DNA from: Octopus vulgaris
Lineage: Eukaryota
Assembly (NCBI GenBank): GCA_951406725.2
Contig: OX597814.1
Coordinates: 78,368,001 to 78,432,000, forward strand
Direction: 5' to 3'
DNA: 64,000 bases
Made by a program: the position numbers and the translations under genes. Within the stretch, counting starts at the first letter, position 1, and each line of letters begins with the position of its first letter. A model generated the notes under the pieces. The model searched no databases and had not been told where the DNA came from. It saw only the letters and a program-made list of their open reading frames with translations. Positions 39,414 to 52,458 of the stretch are shown piece after piece.

Positions 39414-39444
<31 letters not shown>
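36330..39444 (+). mobile_element. young 5'-truncated CR1-clade LINE (ORF1 tail plus EN/RT ORF2)
   Basis: APE endonuclease motifs (YTN, ITETWL, GGGVAVYV, VYRPP, GDFN, LDL, SDH) and RT; (AACT)n tail; much higher G+C than the flanks. Confidence 0.95.
36482..39349 (+). pseudogene. LINE ORF2 (endonuclease-reverse transcriptase) with two frameshifts and one in-frame stop; the 468-aa RT part (37943-39349) is intact
   Basis: NYRPVSLTS, QHGF, LDFAKAFDSV, GVPQGSVLGPLLF, LFADD; lesions near 36935, 37507 (TGA) and 37870. Confidence 0.93.
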
Positions 39445-40340
39445 AAGGCAAAATTGACCAAAGAAGGATTTGAACTTAGAATATACAATGACATAACTAT
39501 TATTCTTTCTGATAATACTGCTTCAGCCACTACCTTTAATAATAATTATTATTTCAAATTTTGTAATAACACCACCAATTTTAAAGGGAGAGGAAAGTCA
39601 ATTATATTGATCCCAGGACTTGACCAGTGGAATTTGGTCATAGAACATAAAGAATCAAAAGAAATGCTGCAAGGCATTTTATCCGACATTCTAACAATAC
39701 TGCCAGCACCAAAAAAAAATCTTTTCTGCTACAGGTATAATACCTGAAATTTTGGGGAAGGGTGTAGTCTATTACACCAAGCCCACTTCTCAACTGGTAC
39801 TTATTTCTTCAAACCCAAAAGGATGACAGGCAAAGTTGACTCCAGCAGAATTTGGACACAGAACATAACGACAGATGAAAGAGCACTAAGCATTTTGTCT
39901 GGCAAACTAACACTTCTGCCAGCATGTAATCTTTCTAATAATGGTTTCAAATTTTGGTACAAGGCCAGTAATTTCAGTGGGGAGAGTATGTTGATTACAT
40001 AGACTCCAGTGATCAACTGGTACTTATTTTATTGACCCCAAGAGGATGAAAGGAAAAGTCAAATGTAAAGATGGATGAAATGTCACTAAACATTTTGCCT
40101 AGCATGCTAATGATTCTGCCAGCTTGCCACCCTTGTCTTTCTAATAATAAAAACAATAATTATCTTGATAATAATTTCTGACAGAGTCACATGGTCAGCA
40201 ATATTAGAGGAGGACTGCCATTGCACTGCCCGCCAAACAATAATTGCTTTTAACTTAGGTACAAGGTCAACAATTATGAAGGGAGGCAGAAGTTGATACC
40301 ATCAACCTCAATACATGACTGGTACATTATTTATTAACGC
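39445..40340 (-). mobile_element. cluster of tandem decayed SINEs
   Basis: Repeated ctggtacttat...aaaggatgaaaggcaaagt...gaatttgaactcagaa units. Confidence 0.7.
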
Positions 40341-41085
40341 CACCATGTTGTTGGCCATGCTTTGCTGCAACACCATCAAGCTTATTACCACAGGGTGCAG
40401 CTGAGTACATCATTTGTTCTGGGGTGTATGGTCCATTGCTTCCTCCCTCCTTTTCTTGCTTTCCCTTTCTTATTTCCCTTCTCTCCTATCTTTTGCTACT
40501 TAAATGTTCTAATAAAATTTTTAATTTGTATCCTCTCATCAGAAATGCAGTATCACCAAAGCTAAATTTAATTTACTCTCATTGAAACAGTTCATCTCAT
40601 GTTAATAAATACTGTAAATCCTTGATTTGTGGCAAAAAAAAAAAAAAAGAGTACAGTTGTTCTTGTTGTTTAGTTATAAGTCAGTCCTGATTGTGGAGAT
40701 CAAAGCCATTCCACCCCTAACCAATTTGTCTATATTTAAGACACTATGTATCCAGGACCATATTAAGTTAGATACACATTTCCTTCCATTTTAAGAATAA
40801 AAGAGTATGATCCAAAGAAGATTCAGTTGTCATTTCTAGCATGTCTGAATTGGACAAGGGGAAAATCACACCAGATTCTCCAATTGTTTCAGTCAACTTT
40901 GCCAGAAGACCTGTAGTCTTGCTTTGATCATAAATTGTATGTAGTTTCTAGTTTATTATTTGTCCATTGCATGTTGTTACCTGCAGAAGTGGCTATCTTG
41001 TTTGACTAAAAGGATTTTCATGGTGTAAACAATAATGAGGGTGTGAGAAAGTAATAATTATTGAATGAAAATGGAATTACTTTAC

Positions 41086-41190
41086 CTTGCTTTGGACTTC
41101 ATCAAAAGCATCTTCAGTCAGCATTTTGCTTTTGATATTTATCAATGTTCGTTTGCATATCTCAGGATCAACTTTAATTTTGGATGTTGA
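41086..41190 (-). CDS. SNX13: SNX13 exon (RGS)
   Basis: tttcag|...|gtaaag; 105 nt, phase 0->0; STSKIKVDPEICKRTLINIKSKMLTEDAFDEVQSK. Confidence 0.9.
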
Positions 41191-41204
41191 CTGAAACGAA
41201 TAAC

Positions 41205-42335
41205 ATTATTATTATTATTATTATTTACTTTTAATCTGCATGTTTGTTACAATCATTCATCAAGACACATCCAACGCCCTAGGGTGAGTGAAGGATAAGA
41301 GATGTTACAGTAAAACTGAAAGCTTGCGGAGAATACGTGGCAAGGGCAATTGCGAAATATCTTCATGTAATACAGCACAGACATTTAAATTGATAGGGTT
41401 TTTCTAAGGATATGGGCAGTACTTGTCAGCACAACCTTTTAGATTTCTCTGAGACATGGTTCTCCTGGGATACTAACTAGGTATTTCTGACAGCCCTTTC
41501 TTATCATACCTAGGGCACCCACCATAACAGGAACAGTCCTTGCTGTTGTATTTCAATTTCCAGAACCTTATATCTACATAATTTGTCAAATTCCTTTACA
41601 GATATATTTTATCAGTGAGAACACTTACATCTGTAAGTATTTTCTTCTCTGTCTTTAATGACTATGTTTGGTCAATTAGCCTGGATCGTTCAGTTGATGT
41701 TGACTGAAAATCCCAGAGGATAGTGACATTTTTACCTTCAACGACTGGCTCAGGGTGATGTTCATACCAGTAAGGAAGACTGCTGATTTTGTAGTGTTTA
41801 CATATTTTCCAATGTAAATACTATCCTACCCTATCGTGGTGATTTTTGTATTCGTTTGGTGTCAACACAGGACATCTCGAGACGAGATGGTCTGTTGGTT
41901 TATCAAATTTATTGTACAATCTGCATTTAGAGTCAGAACCATTTTGAAGAACGTTAGCTAGGTAGTTTTTGGTAAGCAAGCCACTGATGGATTGCTGCTT
42001 GGTCTACATCAGCATTTCAGTTTCAAAGTATATACTGTCCATGCAGAGGCTTCTGGCTCTACTGCTCTTCAATTTGTTTCTGCCCATTCTTTTTTGCAGT
42101 CTGTTTGATCCGTTTTGCTTTTCCATGGCAGTGGTTTCAGGTTCTCCATCTATTTCAGGGTTAATGCCAAGCTCCCTTGCAAATTTGCAAGTTTCCTTGA
42201 CAAAAGAATGTACTTTTTTTGCTGCTTTCGTGTTTGCACACAAGCCACACCATCCAGTCCTCTGTACTGGATGGTACAAAGAACAAGTACTTATTCATTG
42301 CTATTGTGGAGGTCTTACAACACAGTTCTACCTGC
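41205..42335 (-). mobile_element. R4/Dong-like (RLE-type) non-LTR retrotransposon 3' fragment
   Basis: Minus strand reads KCRL..DHLVSRC..EYKNHHDRVG, LHWKICK, WYEHHPEPVVE..VTILWDF, PNIV, VPVMVGALG, TAHILRKTLSI*; (TAA)n tail. Confidence 0.8.
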
Positions 42336-42339
42336 ATCA

Positions 42340-42449
42340 TTCCTCTTCCTCCATTACGTCTATTATTATGTTGATAAAATAAGTACCAGTCGAACATTGG
42401 GATTGACCTTCCCCGAAATTGATGACCTTGTGCCAAAACCTGAAAGCAT

Positions 42450-42481
<32 letters not shown>

Positions 42482-42950
42482 TTATTATTATTAATACCAT
42501 TAAAATCTCAAGCTGGCAGAATCGTTAGCATGCCTGGCAAAATGTTTTGCGGCATTTCATCCGTCTTTACGTTCTGAGTTCAAATTCCACCGACATCGAC
42601 TTTGCCTTTCTTCCTTTCTGTGTCAATAAATTAGGTACCAGTTGAGTACTGGGATCAATGTAATTGACTTAACCCCTCCCTCAAAATTTCAGGCTTTGTG
42701 CCTATAGTAGAAAGGGTTGCTGTTATTGTTGTTAGAGAGATAGAATGGTAGAAGCCGTATAAAATTTAGATTAAATGCCTTTTCTGTTTTTGCTTAAGAG
42801 CCATTATGTTTTAAATTCAAATACTATCAAGGACACTTGTCTTTCATCTAAGAGTCATTAAAATAAGTACCAATCAAGTTCTGAAGCTAACTTAATTGAC
42901 TCTTTTTCCGCTTCACAAATCTCAGAGCTTTATTCCAAAGTTATAAATTA
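42340..42950 (+). mobile_element. cluster of SINE copies
   Basis: ctggcagaatcgttagca...ctgagttcaaattcc...gcctttc core. Confidence 0.75.
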
Positions 42951-44359
42951 TTACCATTATCATCTTCAACATCATTATTAATATTATAATAACAGCTATT
43001 AAATGCTGATTTAGCTAACTGAAATGTTATCCTGAAGTTTTGGTGTCAACTAGTCTCCTCAAATCTCAGGAATATTTGAGATTATTGCAGAATGTAGGAT
43101 GGCTAACTCCACAATATTTGTCTCAGTTACAGAATCGTTCAGCCACTTCAATAATAGTTGGGACATTGTGCCAAGTCTACCAATTATCACTGAAAAAATT
43201 TTCCACCCATGGATTCCACAATTTCTTCATCTCTCTTTGGATCCTGATATTTCTTGATTTTCTCATCTTCCTTGATATCCACTCAACTATCATTTTTAGG
43301 ATCACAAATTCACAGATCGTACAATCTTTTAACTTTCATTTGTTTCAGTTATTAGACGGTAGCCATACTGGGGCATCACCTTGAAGAACTTTTAATCAAA
43401 TGAATCAATCCCAGAACTTATTTTTTGTTAAGCCTGACATTTATTCCATTAATCTCTATAGCTGAATTGCTAAGTTGTGGGGACATAAACACACCAACAC
43501 TAGTTGTCTAGCTGTTGTGGGGGGACAACCACAAACACAAAGCCATCCACACACACACAACAGGCTTCTTTTGGTTTCTGTCTACCAAATCCACTCACAA
43601 GGCTTTGGTCAGCTCAAGGCTGTAGCAGAACACACATGCAGTGGGACTGACCCTGGAATCATGTGGTTGGGAAGCAAGCTTCTTACCACACAGTCATGTC
43701 ATTTTACTTCCAAAGTCACATTTGGTCTCCATGCTTCGATAATACTATCAGTCTCAAAAGAGAAATCCCTTAAAATCCTGTTATTATTATTCATCATGAC
43801 AGCCTTTGGTTTGTGTTCATATCATTTTTCTAATACTTCAAATTCACAAACTTGACAAACAATGCAATGCATTCTTTTAGAGAAAAAAAAACATGCCTTT
43901 ATGTTAGTGAAAAACATGAAGAGATAGTGAAAACACAAGTAAGAAAATTGTTTCTTCAGTAATTAATGCACTCAGAACAATGCTCAAAATGCTATCTAAA
44001 AGACAAAAGGTGATAAGACTTGAGGCCTATATCTTTTAATGTCTGCTTACTTCACTTATTTTACTACTATTACTATTATTATGATATTGCTTTTCATCTT
44101 TCTGGAATATAAGATGAATTAAACATAGGCACCAAGACACACACACACACACACACACACAACAGGCTTCTTTCAGTTTCTGTCTACCAAATCTACTCAC
44201 AAGGCTTTTATCAGCCCAAGGCTAAAGTAGAAGACACTTGCCTAAGGTATCATGCAGTGGAACTGAACACAGAACCATGTGATTGAGAAGCAAGCTTCTT
44301 TCGACACAGCCATGCCTGCACCTATGTTAGAAATTATTATCATAATTATTAATCACTGT

Positions 44360-45040
44360 AAAACAGCAAGCTGGCAGGATTGTTAGCACAATGGACAAAA
44401 TGCTTAATGGCATTTCTTCCATGTTGACATTCTGAGTTCTGATACCACAAAGGACACTTTGTCTTTCATCCTTTTGAGGTCAATTAATCAAGTACCAGAT
44501 GAGTAGTCAGGTCAATCTAATCAACAAAATTCAGACCTTCTACCTATAGCAGAAAGGATTATTATTATTATTATTACTATTATTATTACTATTATTATTA
44601 CTATTATTATTATCATTATTATTATTATTATTATTATTCATTTAACATTCATCTTTAAGTTCTGAGTTCAAATTCCACTGACATCGACTTTGCCTTTCAT
44701 CCTTTTGGGTCGATAAATTAAGTACCAGTAAAACTTGGGGTTGATGTAATCGATTAGTTCGCACCCCCAAAATTTCAGGCCCTGTGCCTTTAGTAAAAAG
44801 GATCATTATTATTATTATATGAAAGGTGGTGAACTGGCAGAATTGTTAGCATGCTGAGCAAAATGTTTAGTAGCATTTCGTCTGTCCTTACATTCTGAGT
44901 TCAAATTTCGCCAAGGTTGAACCTTGCCTTTCATCCTTTCAGGGTTGATAAATTAAGTACCAGTTGCATACTGGGTCGATCTAATTGACTGCCCCACTCC
45001 CACCAAATTTCAGGCCTTGTGCCTATAGTAGAAAGGATTA
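44360..45040 (+). mobile_element. three tandem SINEs separated by (TTA)n
   Basis: Same head and core as 42505-42720, repeated three times. Confidence 0.8.
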
Positions 45041-45131
45041 AACCTATTGGCGATTTCTAGGTAACACTTTTCTGATAATGTTGATGAACAGCAGAAGTAT
45101 ATAAAAAAAATTTTAAAAATTTAAATCTTAC

Positions 45132-45266
45132 TTTTTCAGACAAATACTGCTCATAAATAATCATAGCTGCTCTACGTAATGACTCTAAATCAGGCTCATT
45201 AGCTCCTTCTGTTAATTTCTGTTCATGAGCGGCAGAGATTTGTTCTTCAGCTGCTGCTCGGAAACC
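45132..45266 (-). CDS. SNX13: SNX13 exon (RGS)
   Basis: tttcag|...|gtaaga; 135 nt, phase 0->0; GFRAAAEEQISAAHEQKLTEGANEPDLESLRRAAMIIYEQYLSEK. Confidence 0.94.
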
Positions 45267-46290
45267 CTGAAATAAAGCAGCTACAATAAGTGTCCATCAC
45301 AGAAAGTTTGAAACTAAACACTGATAACATCATAAATATCATCATCATCACCATCATCATAAGTAGCATCACTACATCTAAATATCAGCTACACTAACAA
45401 CACTGCAACAATCTTACAAATCATCATCATCATTAACAGCAGTGAAGACTACATGGCCACTCAACCAGCTAGAAAGAGCAGCTAAATCTCAATGTACACA
45501 CTGCAGAATTAAAATAAGGAAGGAAGGAAACACATTGGATAAAATAGTGTTAGATACACTCTGTCTGAAAATAAAATAGGCCCTTGATGGAATGCCTTTG
45601 ATCATAAGGATTCAGAGGTCAACTGCACTAAACAACAATGCCTTCATCATCATCATCATCATTACATTTAAATAGCAACTACATAAACAACATTGCACAA
45701 TGCTTTACCCGAGTCAACAGAAGAGCCTTTATGTGGTTACTTGACCTGCTAGAAATACCAGTCAAATCTCCCTCAAATTAAACTCTACCATCTCAGAATT
45801 TGACACATATAGGAAAAATGCAAGATGGCCATAGAATACCTTTGACCACTGGTCTGCTTGATCTATAATTATACCTTATCAATCTCATGCTATGTTAAAT
45901 GAATGAGACAGACACTCAAACATACAGAGTGGAGGTGGTAAGGCTTTTCATATGTTTCTTTATTAGTTACTTTCAGACTTTTCATTTCTTAATGATCTTG
46001 CAACAATCCTCTGCTGGCAACATTTTTCTTAATTATTACCTGGTAAAATGATCAACTGGATAAGAAACTAAACAACTTATTCTTTGGTAAAGAGTTCGAA
46101 CTTGCCGCAGGATTTTTTTACTGTTTTTCAAACAGAATGCTTTATTCTGCATAGCTCAATGCACTTAGAAGCCAGAATACTACTTGAATACATAGGCATT
46201 GCGATCATCATCTTCTTATCATGAAAACAAAGTTACACAGCAGCACTACAGAGTCTTTCTGAGACTAGCAGACACAGACATGACTCCTGG

Positions 46291-46834
46291 TTAACCTTTT
46301 TGATACTAACCTGCTTGAGACCACGATTGTCTCTGTGTTAAAACCTCATGTCTTAAGGTGATTTACATTAAAACCTTACATCAGAATTTCATGTTGATTT
46401 ATGTTTAAAACACTAGCTTAATAATGACAAAGTTATTTTACTAAAGTTTTCATGATATTCAAAATTATAATAAAGAAAGGTAGTATTTTTCAACAAAAGC
46501 ATGTGAATGCATGTGACTTAGTGGTTTGGGTGTTGCACTTACAAATGCTAAATCATGAGTTTGATTCCTGGATTGAGCGTATTGTGTTCTTGAGCAAAAC
46601 ACTCCATTTCATATTGCTCTGTGATCATTTCAACATCTGACATTTGACACACTTGTGCACCTGTCCAAGTAATGTTAACATGATGGAGGGAGTGAGCTTA
46701 TGTATAGCACATACATTTGATCACTTTAACAGGGCTTTTGTGCATGTTGTTCAGCAAAAACAGAACACTCATACGTCGTTTTCAATGGGAAAGTCCATCA
46801 TATTTATGATAAAATATGGTAATGAAAGGGTTAA
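46291..46834. mobile_element. TTAA-bounded MITE with internal insertion
   Basis: ttaacctttttgatac ... gtaatgaaagggttaa; about 46500-46805 is a SINE-like insert; related partial copy at about 55100-55260. Confidence 0.55.
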
Positions 46835-46996
46835 TGAGTGGAGTTACTGAGAGAGCAGCAAAAATCCCACAAAAACACCAATGTTAAGCAGTAGGATTTC
46901 AATAGGCATGAAAAGAAAACCTGAAATGCATAAAAATTTTCAAATCACAAAATAGAATGAATGAATGAATAAAGAAAAATGTGCGATTATACCCAC

Positions 46997-47052
46997 CTCA
47001 ACGTTTAGATAAAAAAATAGATACTGCTCTCCTCCAATACTTGTCATATATT
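46997..47052 (-). CDS. SNX13: SNX13 exon (RGS)
   Basis: cttcag|...|gtgggt; 56 nt, phase 1->0; EYMTSIGGEQYLFFYLNVE. Confidence 0.92.
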
Positions 47053-47295
47053 CTGAAGAAAAAGAAAATATAATAACAATAATAATTACTTAAGCAGAAT
47101 GTATGGAGAATGGCATTAATAAGTATTTCAAGTTATTTTTTCCAAACAAATTAGTAGTAGTAGTAGTAGTCATCCTACTAATTCTTTTGGGAAAAATAAC
47201 TTGTAAATATCAACACTAACAACAATACACACTAAACTTTAAATTGAAGTTATGTCAAAATTCAGAAAGAAAGATTTGTTTAAAATATGACTTAC

Positions 47296-47383
47296 CAATA
47301 AAAACAGATAGTGCAATATTGTTGTTTAAAATATCTTCTAGAGTTAAAACAAATAAATTCTGAGCTTTACAGAATTCTGGTTC
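47296..47383 (-). CDS. SNX13: SNX13 exon (RGS start)
   Basis: atttag|...|gtaagt; 88 nt, phase 0->1; EPEFCKAQNLFVLTLEDILNNNIALSVFI. Confidence 0.92.
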
Positions 47384-47523
47384 CTAAATATAATTTGAAA
47401 AATAAGCACACTGTTAATATAAAGTCATTGATAAATAATTACATAATATATTATTACATATAATATATTATCTCCTAATATAAAAATGTGCGTAGTATTT
47501 TTATATATTTGTGAGAGTGTGTT

Positions 47524-47568
<45 letters not shown>

Positions 47569-48862
47569 CCAAAATCATACAGTAGGGGTGAAGGGAGAGG
47601 AGAGAAAATAATAATTCAGTAAAGGAGAAGTAGTGAGAGTAATAACCATGACTGAAATGGAGTGAGAGAAAGTAATAGCAATGAGAGAGAGGAAATGGTA
47701 AAGAGAGCACCATGCATCTTCTACTACAATAATCTACTATAATAATACTCCCAACATATGAATGAGAAAGGAAGGGGTGAGCCACCAATGGAAGTGGGAT
47801 GGTGAAAAGTCAATGGTGAAACAAAAATCAAACAGCGCTTCAACTCTGTGTGAGTATATGTGCGTGCGTGTAAAAGGGAGGCATGTGAATGTTTGTGTAA
47901 AATATATTTATATATTTGAGTGAGTGTATATGTATTTGTGCATGTTTATTTAGAAAGGTACATAGAAAATAGAATTATAGACACATGTGCATTTACATAT
48001 ATAAACAAACACACTTAAAAAGGAAGGAAGCGGGCTGTGACAAAGTATAGAAAATGGCTGGATGCTGTTCCTAATGCCAACAACTGAGAGTGTAGTGGGT
48101 GCTTTTTAGGTGCCACTGCAGTAGTTTCATTGAGTCCCTGAGCAGTGGACTTTATTTTATAGTACCTCAGTTCATCTAGATGATGATAATAAATACCAAA
48201 AGCCAATTGGGATTGTTACTTGTAACACACTAGCATCTTATTCAGGGAAGGAGATATATTTTTCATACATGAATCTAAAGTTAAATACCTGCTTACAAGG
48301 TCCCTCAAAGGGTGAAGAACACAAGCAAATCAAATACTTGTTAGCTGTAGTGTGACACAACTGCTTACAATAGTGAGATTTATTATCCTGAGATATCTAG
48401 TTACAGAAGAGAGCTTAAAATATTTTTGCCAAGAATATAACAAAGTGCTGGACTACATGTAAATCATATAGACTATACATGTTTGGGTCAAGAAATAAAT
48501 TAAAGGAGAATGGAAAGCACATGCATTGTAAATAGCTACCCACATACATACACATGCAAACACTGAAAATATATATATTTCACACACAAAATGTAGATAA
48601 TTTATGTTGAAAGAACTACGTCTTTAAAGAACATAGCCAGTCTGAAGGGAAGCAAGAAAATTCTGCTGATGTGTATACTTTAAGTTAGAATATTTTAACA
48701 GAATGATGACCATCATCTAAGCATGTCATCCATTCATATTCGATATAAAAGTAATTTTAAAATGGCATTCACTGAACTGAGATACTAAAATTGATAAAAT
48801 TAACACAGGCAAAAACTTGACAAACATTGTTAATGAATAAAACCAAAAATAATTCAGCTTAC

Positions 48863-48972
48863 CTCACACTGAAGATCAGAGTCTGTCTGGCCAGCCAAAA
48901 GACAATTCATTCTAGTATCACACATGCTCTGAACAAATCGTAAACTATTTAGATTTTGTTTTATCACAGTAT
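48863..48972 (-). CDS. SNX13: SNX13 exon
   Basis: ttgtag|...|gtaagc; 110 nt, phase 1->0; DTVIKQNLNSLRFVQSMCDTRMNCLLAGQTDSDLQCE. Confidence 0.9.
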
Positions 48973-50390
48973 CTACAAAGTAAATTTAATTTGCATTTGG
49001 AACTTTTCCTTCATGGAAATATATATATATACAGTCATACATGAGGATACATTTAAAAGAAAGAAAGGAAACAAAGGCAGAACTATAATTAATTTGTTTG
49101 GGTTTTCTTTTTGAATTAATCTTAGTAACATAATTTTAGTTGTGTAGTAGTTTAAGAGCATTCAATGAAAAAGAAATAATGTAGCAGAGTTTGGACAAAA
49201 ACAGATTAGAAATTAGCATGAAGAGAATTTCATAACTTTGATTTTTGATAACCATTAGAGTATTGATACCTTAAAATTTCCACAAACTGTTTAGAGCAAT
49301 GAATTTCTAAAGATATTTATTAATTATCATTTCTGTATCACTTCAGAAAAAAAAAATTGATCAAATAAAAAGGTTCAATAGAATACTATAGGATATTAAT
49401 CCAATTTGTGTTGAAGTCTGTATCTTCATTTTACACATGGTTATCTGTGTGAAAATCAAAGGAGAAATGGCAAAAGACCAATAAAATGATACTCATCAAA
49501 TCAGTACACTCATCTACAATGTTAGTGTGAAATTAACAAAGATGTAACGAAGCTACTTGACACACACTTGTTTTGAACTTTTTTGAAACATGATCAATTC
49601 ATTGTTATGATTAATGAACAACACTGTATTTAGAAGAAAAGGTTTTAAATATTCTGCTTGTAATTTCAGGAATTGTGATTAATTAAAGTAGTTTTAAGTG
49701 TTACATAAAAATAGATGCAATTGATAATGTGTCTTAAGGTTTATTTGAATAAGGTATTAGATACACCATCATCATCATTTAGCACCTGTTTTCCATGCTA
49801 GCATGGGTAAGATGGTTTGACTGGAGCTAGTAAGCCAGAGAGCTGCACTAGGTTCCAGTTTGTTTTGGCTTGGTTTCTATGGCTGGATGCCCTTCCTAAT
49901 GCCAACCACTCCAGAGTGTACTGGGTGCCTTTTACGTGTCACTGGCACTGGCCACAATTATGATAGATGTAACTATAAACCTTTATAGAAACAGACAACT
50001 TAGTGGTTAATAATCATGCATACAAGTAGAGATGAGCTGTATTATCAATGGGGTCATTCTAGATACCTTAGCACACCAGCTTATAATGAATTTTAAAATT
50101 CTAACTTATCGAAACTTAGAAGGGTGGGAAAGATATTCTAAAGATGAATGCAGAATTGAAACTTGAAAATCATAGTAACCGACCACTATCTGGCAGTCAT
50201 AATTAAAATCAAAAAATGTTTTAAATGTACCTTTATTTAAGCCCATTGTAGACTGTATCAGTTTTCTTTAAGCAATGATATTAACTGCTTTATGCACAAA
50301 GCAGACATGCCTTAAAATATTTAGTTTGGAACCACAGAATTCTACATTTATAAAAAAAAATTCAGGAATAAAAGCAAAATATTAAATTAC

Positions 50391-50532
50391 CATTTGAGCC
50401 TCCTGTATCTTTGCTTCGCCATCGTGCAATGTCATGGTTAACCATTTCTTTCACAGCTTCTAGTTCCTCAATGGAATCTGTCGTCTTTATCACAGTCATG
50501 AACGTGTCATTATTAAATGTAGCTTCTTTACA
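50391..50532 (-). CDS. SNX13: SNX13 exon (PXA-RGS linker)
   Basis: ttatag|...|gtaatt; 142 nt, phase 0->1; CKEATFNNDTFMTVIKTTDSIEELEAVKEMVNHDIARWRSKDTGGSN. Confidence 0.92.
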
Positions 50533-50929
50533 CTATAACATAAAGAAGACACTCATTATAGTGTACCACTGTTAGTACAAGATTTTCTGCTTTACATTCA
50601 TGACATTTTAGCCTATTAGACTACATCAATACACCAGTTAATTATATGGATATTCTTCCATTAAAAAATAAGAATGATTTTTTCCTGAATTGAGCATTCC
50701 AGAGAAAGAATTAAAAAAAACTTCATATGATGTAACTTATTAAGATCATCTTCCTATCAAAAAGTCTTCATCAGATCCATAAACTATACATTATAAAAGA
50801 ATCAGACACTAATGTAAATAAAAGTAATATGCACCAATAATAATTATATTCAAGTGAAACTACTGGAAATAATTGGCTATATAAATCTCTTTCAAATGTT
50901 CTATATAGTTTCTCTTTAAATTATCAACA

Positions 50930-51805
50930 TGAGAGGTGCAGGCATGGCTGTAACGTAAGAAACTTGCTTCCCAACAACATGGTTCCAGGTTCAGTCTTTG
51001 TGTGTGGTATCTTGGGCAAGTATCTTATACTATAGCTACAGGCTGACCAAAGCCTTATACTCTTTTTACTTGTTTCAGTCATTTGACTGCAGCCATGCTG
51101 GAGCACCACCTTTATAGTCGAGCAAATCGACCTCAGAGCTTATTCTTTGTAAGCCTAGTACTTATTCTATCGATCTCTTTTGCCAAACCGCTAAGTTATG
51201 GGGATGTAAACACACCAGCATCGGTTGTCAAGCGATGCTGGAGGGACAAACAGACACACAAACATATACACACACATTATATATATATATATACACACAC
51301 CACACACATTATATATATATATATACACACACCACACACACACATATATGACGGGCTTCTTCCAGTTTCTGTCTACCGAATCCACTCACAAGGCTTTGGT
51401 CAGCCTGAGGCTAATAGTAGAAGACATTTGTCCAAGGTACCATGCAGTGGGACTGAACCTGGGAGCATGTAGTTGGTAAGCAAGCTACTTACCACACAGC
51501 CACTCCTGTGCCTTGTGAATAGATTTCGTAGACAGAAACTGAAATATGCATGTATCTGTGTGTGTGTGTGTCTTTATGTATGTGTGCCTTTGTGTCTTGT
51601 TTGTCCCCCATCACTGCTTGACAACCAGTGTTGGTGTGTTTACATTCCTGTAACTTATGGGTTCAACAAAGGAGATGGTAGAATAAGTACTAGGCTTTAA
51701 AAAATAATAAGTCCTGAGACTGATTTGTTCAACTAAAGAAACCCCTTCAAGGTGGTGCTCCGGCATGGCCAGTCAAGTAACTGAAACAATTAAAAGATAA
51801 AAGAT
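50930..51805. mobile_element. minus-strand SINE (about 51060-51510) nested in a plus-strand SINE of a related family
   Basis: Plus copy breaks at ...gaccaaagcctt and resumes at gccttgtgaatagattt. Confidence 0.75.
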
Positions 51806-52420
51806 GATATACAATCAAAATAATTTTATACAGTAACAACTGTAAGAGCCTTTAGCTGTTAAAGACAAGAAAAAGTTGAACTAATCTAAAGAGTTAAAAG
51901 TTCTGGGTTTCTAGTATTTTAAATTGGTAAAACCAAATCGTTAACTGACTAAACTTTTAAACTTTGGGAACTTTACATAATTCATAGAAAACAGTAGACA
52001 AAAACCACAGTACATGTGTTATTATACCCCCCACACCACGACTACTTACCTAGACGAAATAAATCTGTAACACGAAATATCTTCATTTGTCTTGACTGTA
52101 CCCCATTTTTACCCAGCCCAGTATAACCTTACTACTGCTTTTAGATCACACTGTCAACAGCTCACTTAACAAGCATCCCCTGGTTGCATTTCATTCCAAT
52201 TTCGTTATTGATGTCTCTCAGAGTCATCCTTTGTCCCGTTTCTATCACTGCACTGCAGCCATGCTGGGCACTGTTTAATTGAACAACTTCACCTCCAGTA
52301 CCTATTTTTACAGTTTGGTACTTATTCTATTGGTTACTTTTGTTAAACTGCTAAGTTATTAGGAGTATAAACAAACCAACACCAGTTATCAAGAGCTGGG
52401 CAGACAGACATAAACACAAA

Positions 52421-52458
<38 letters not shown>

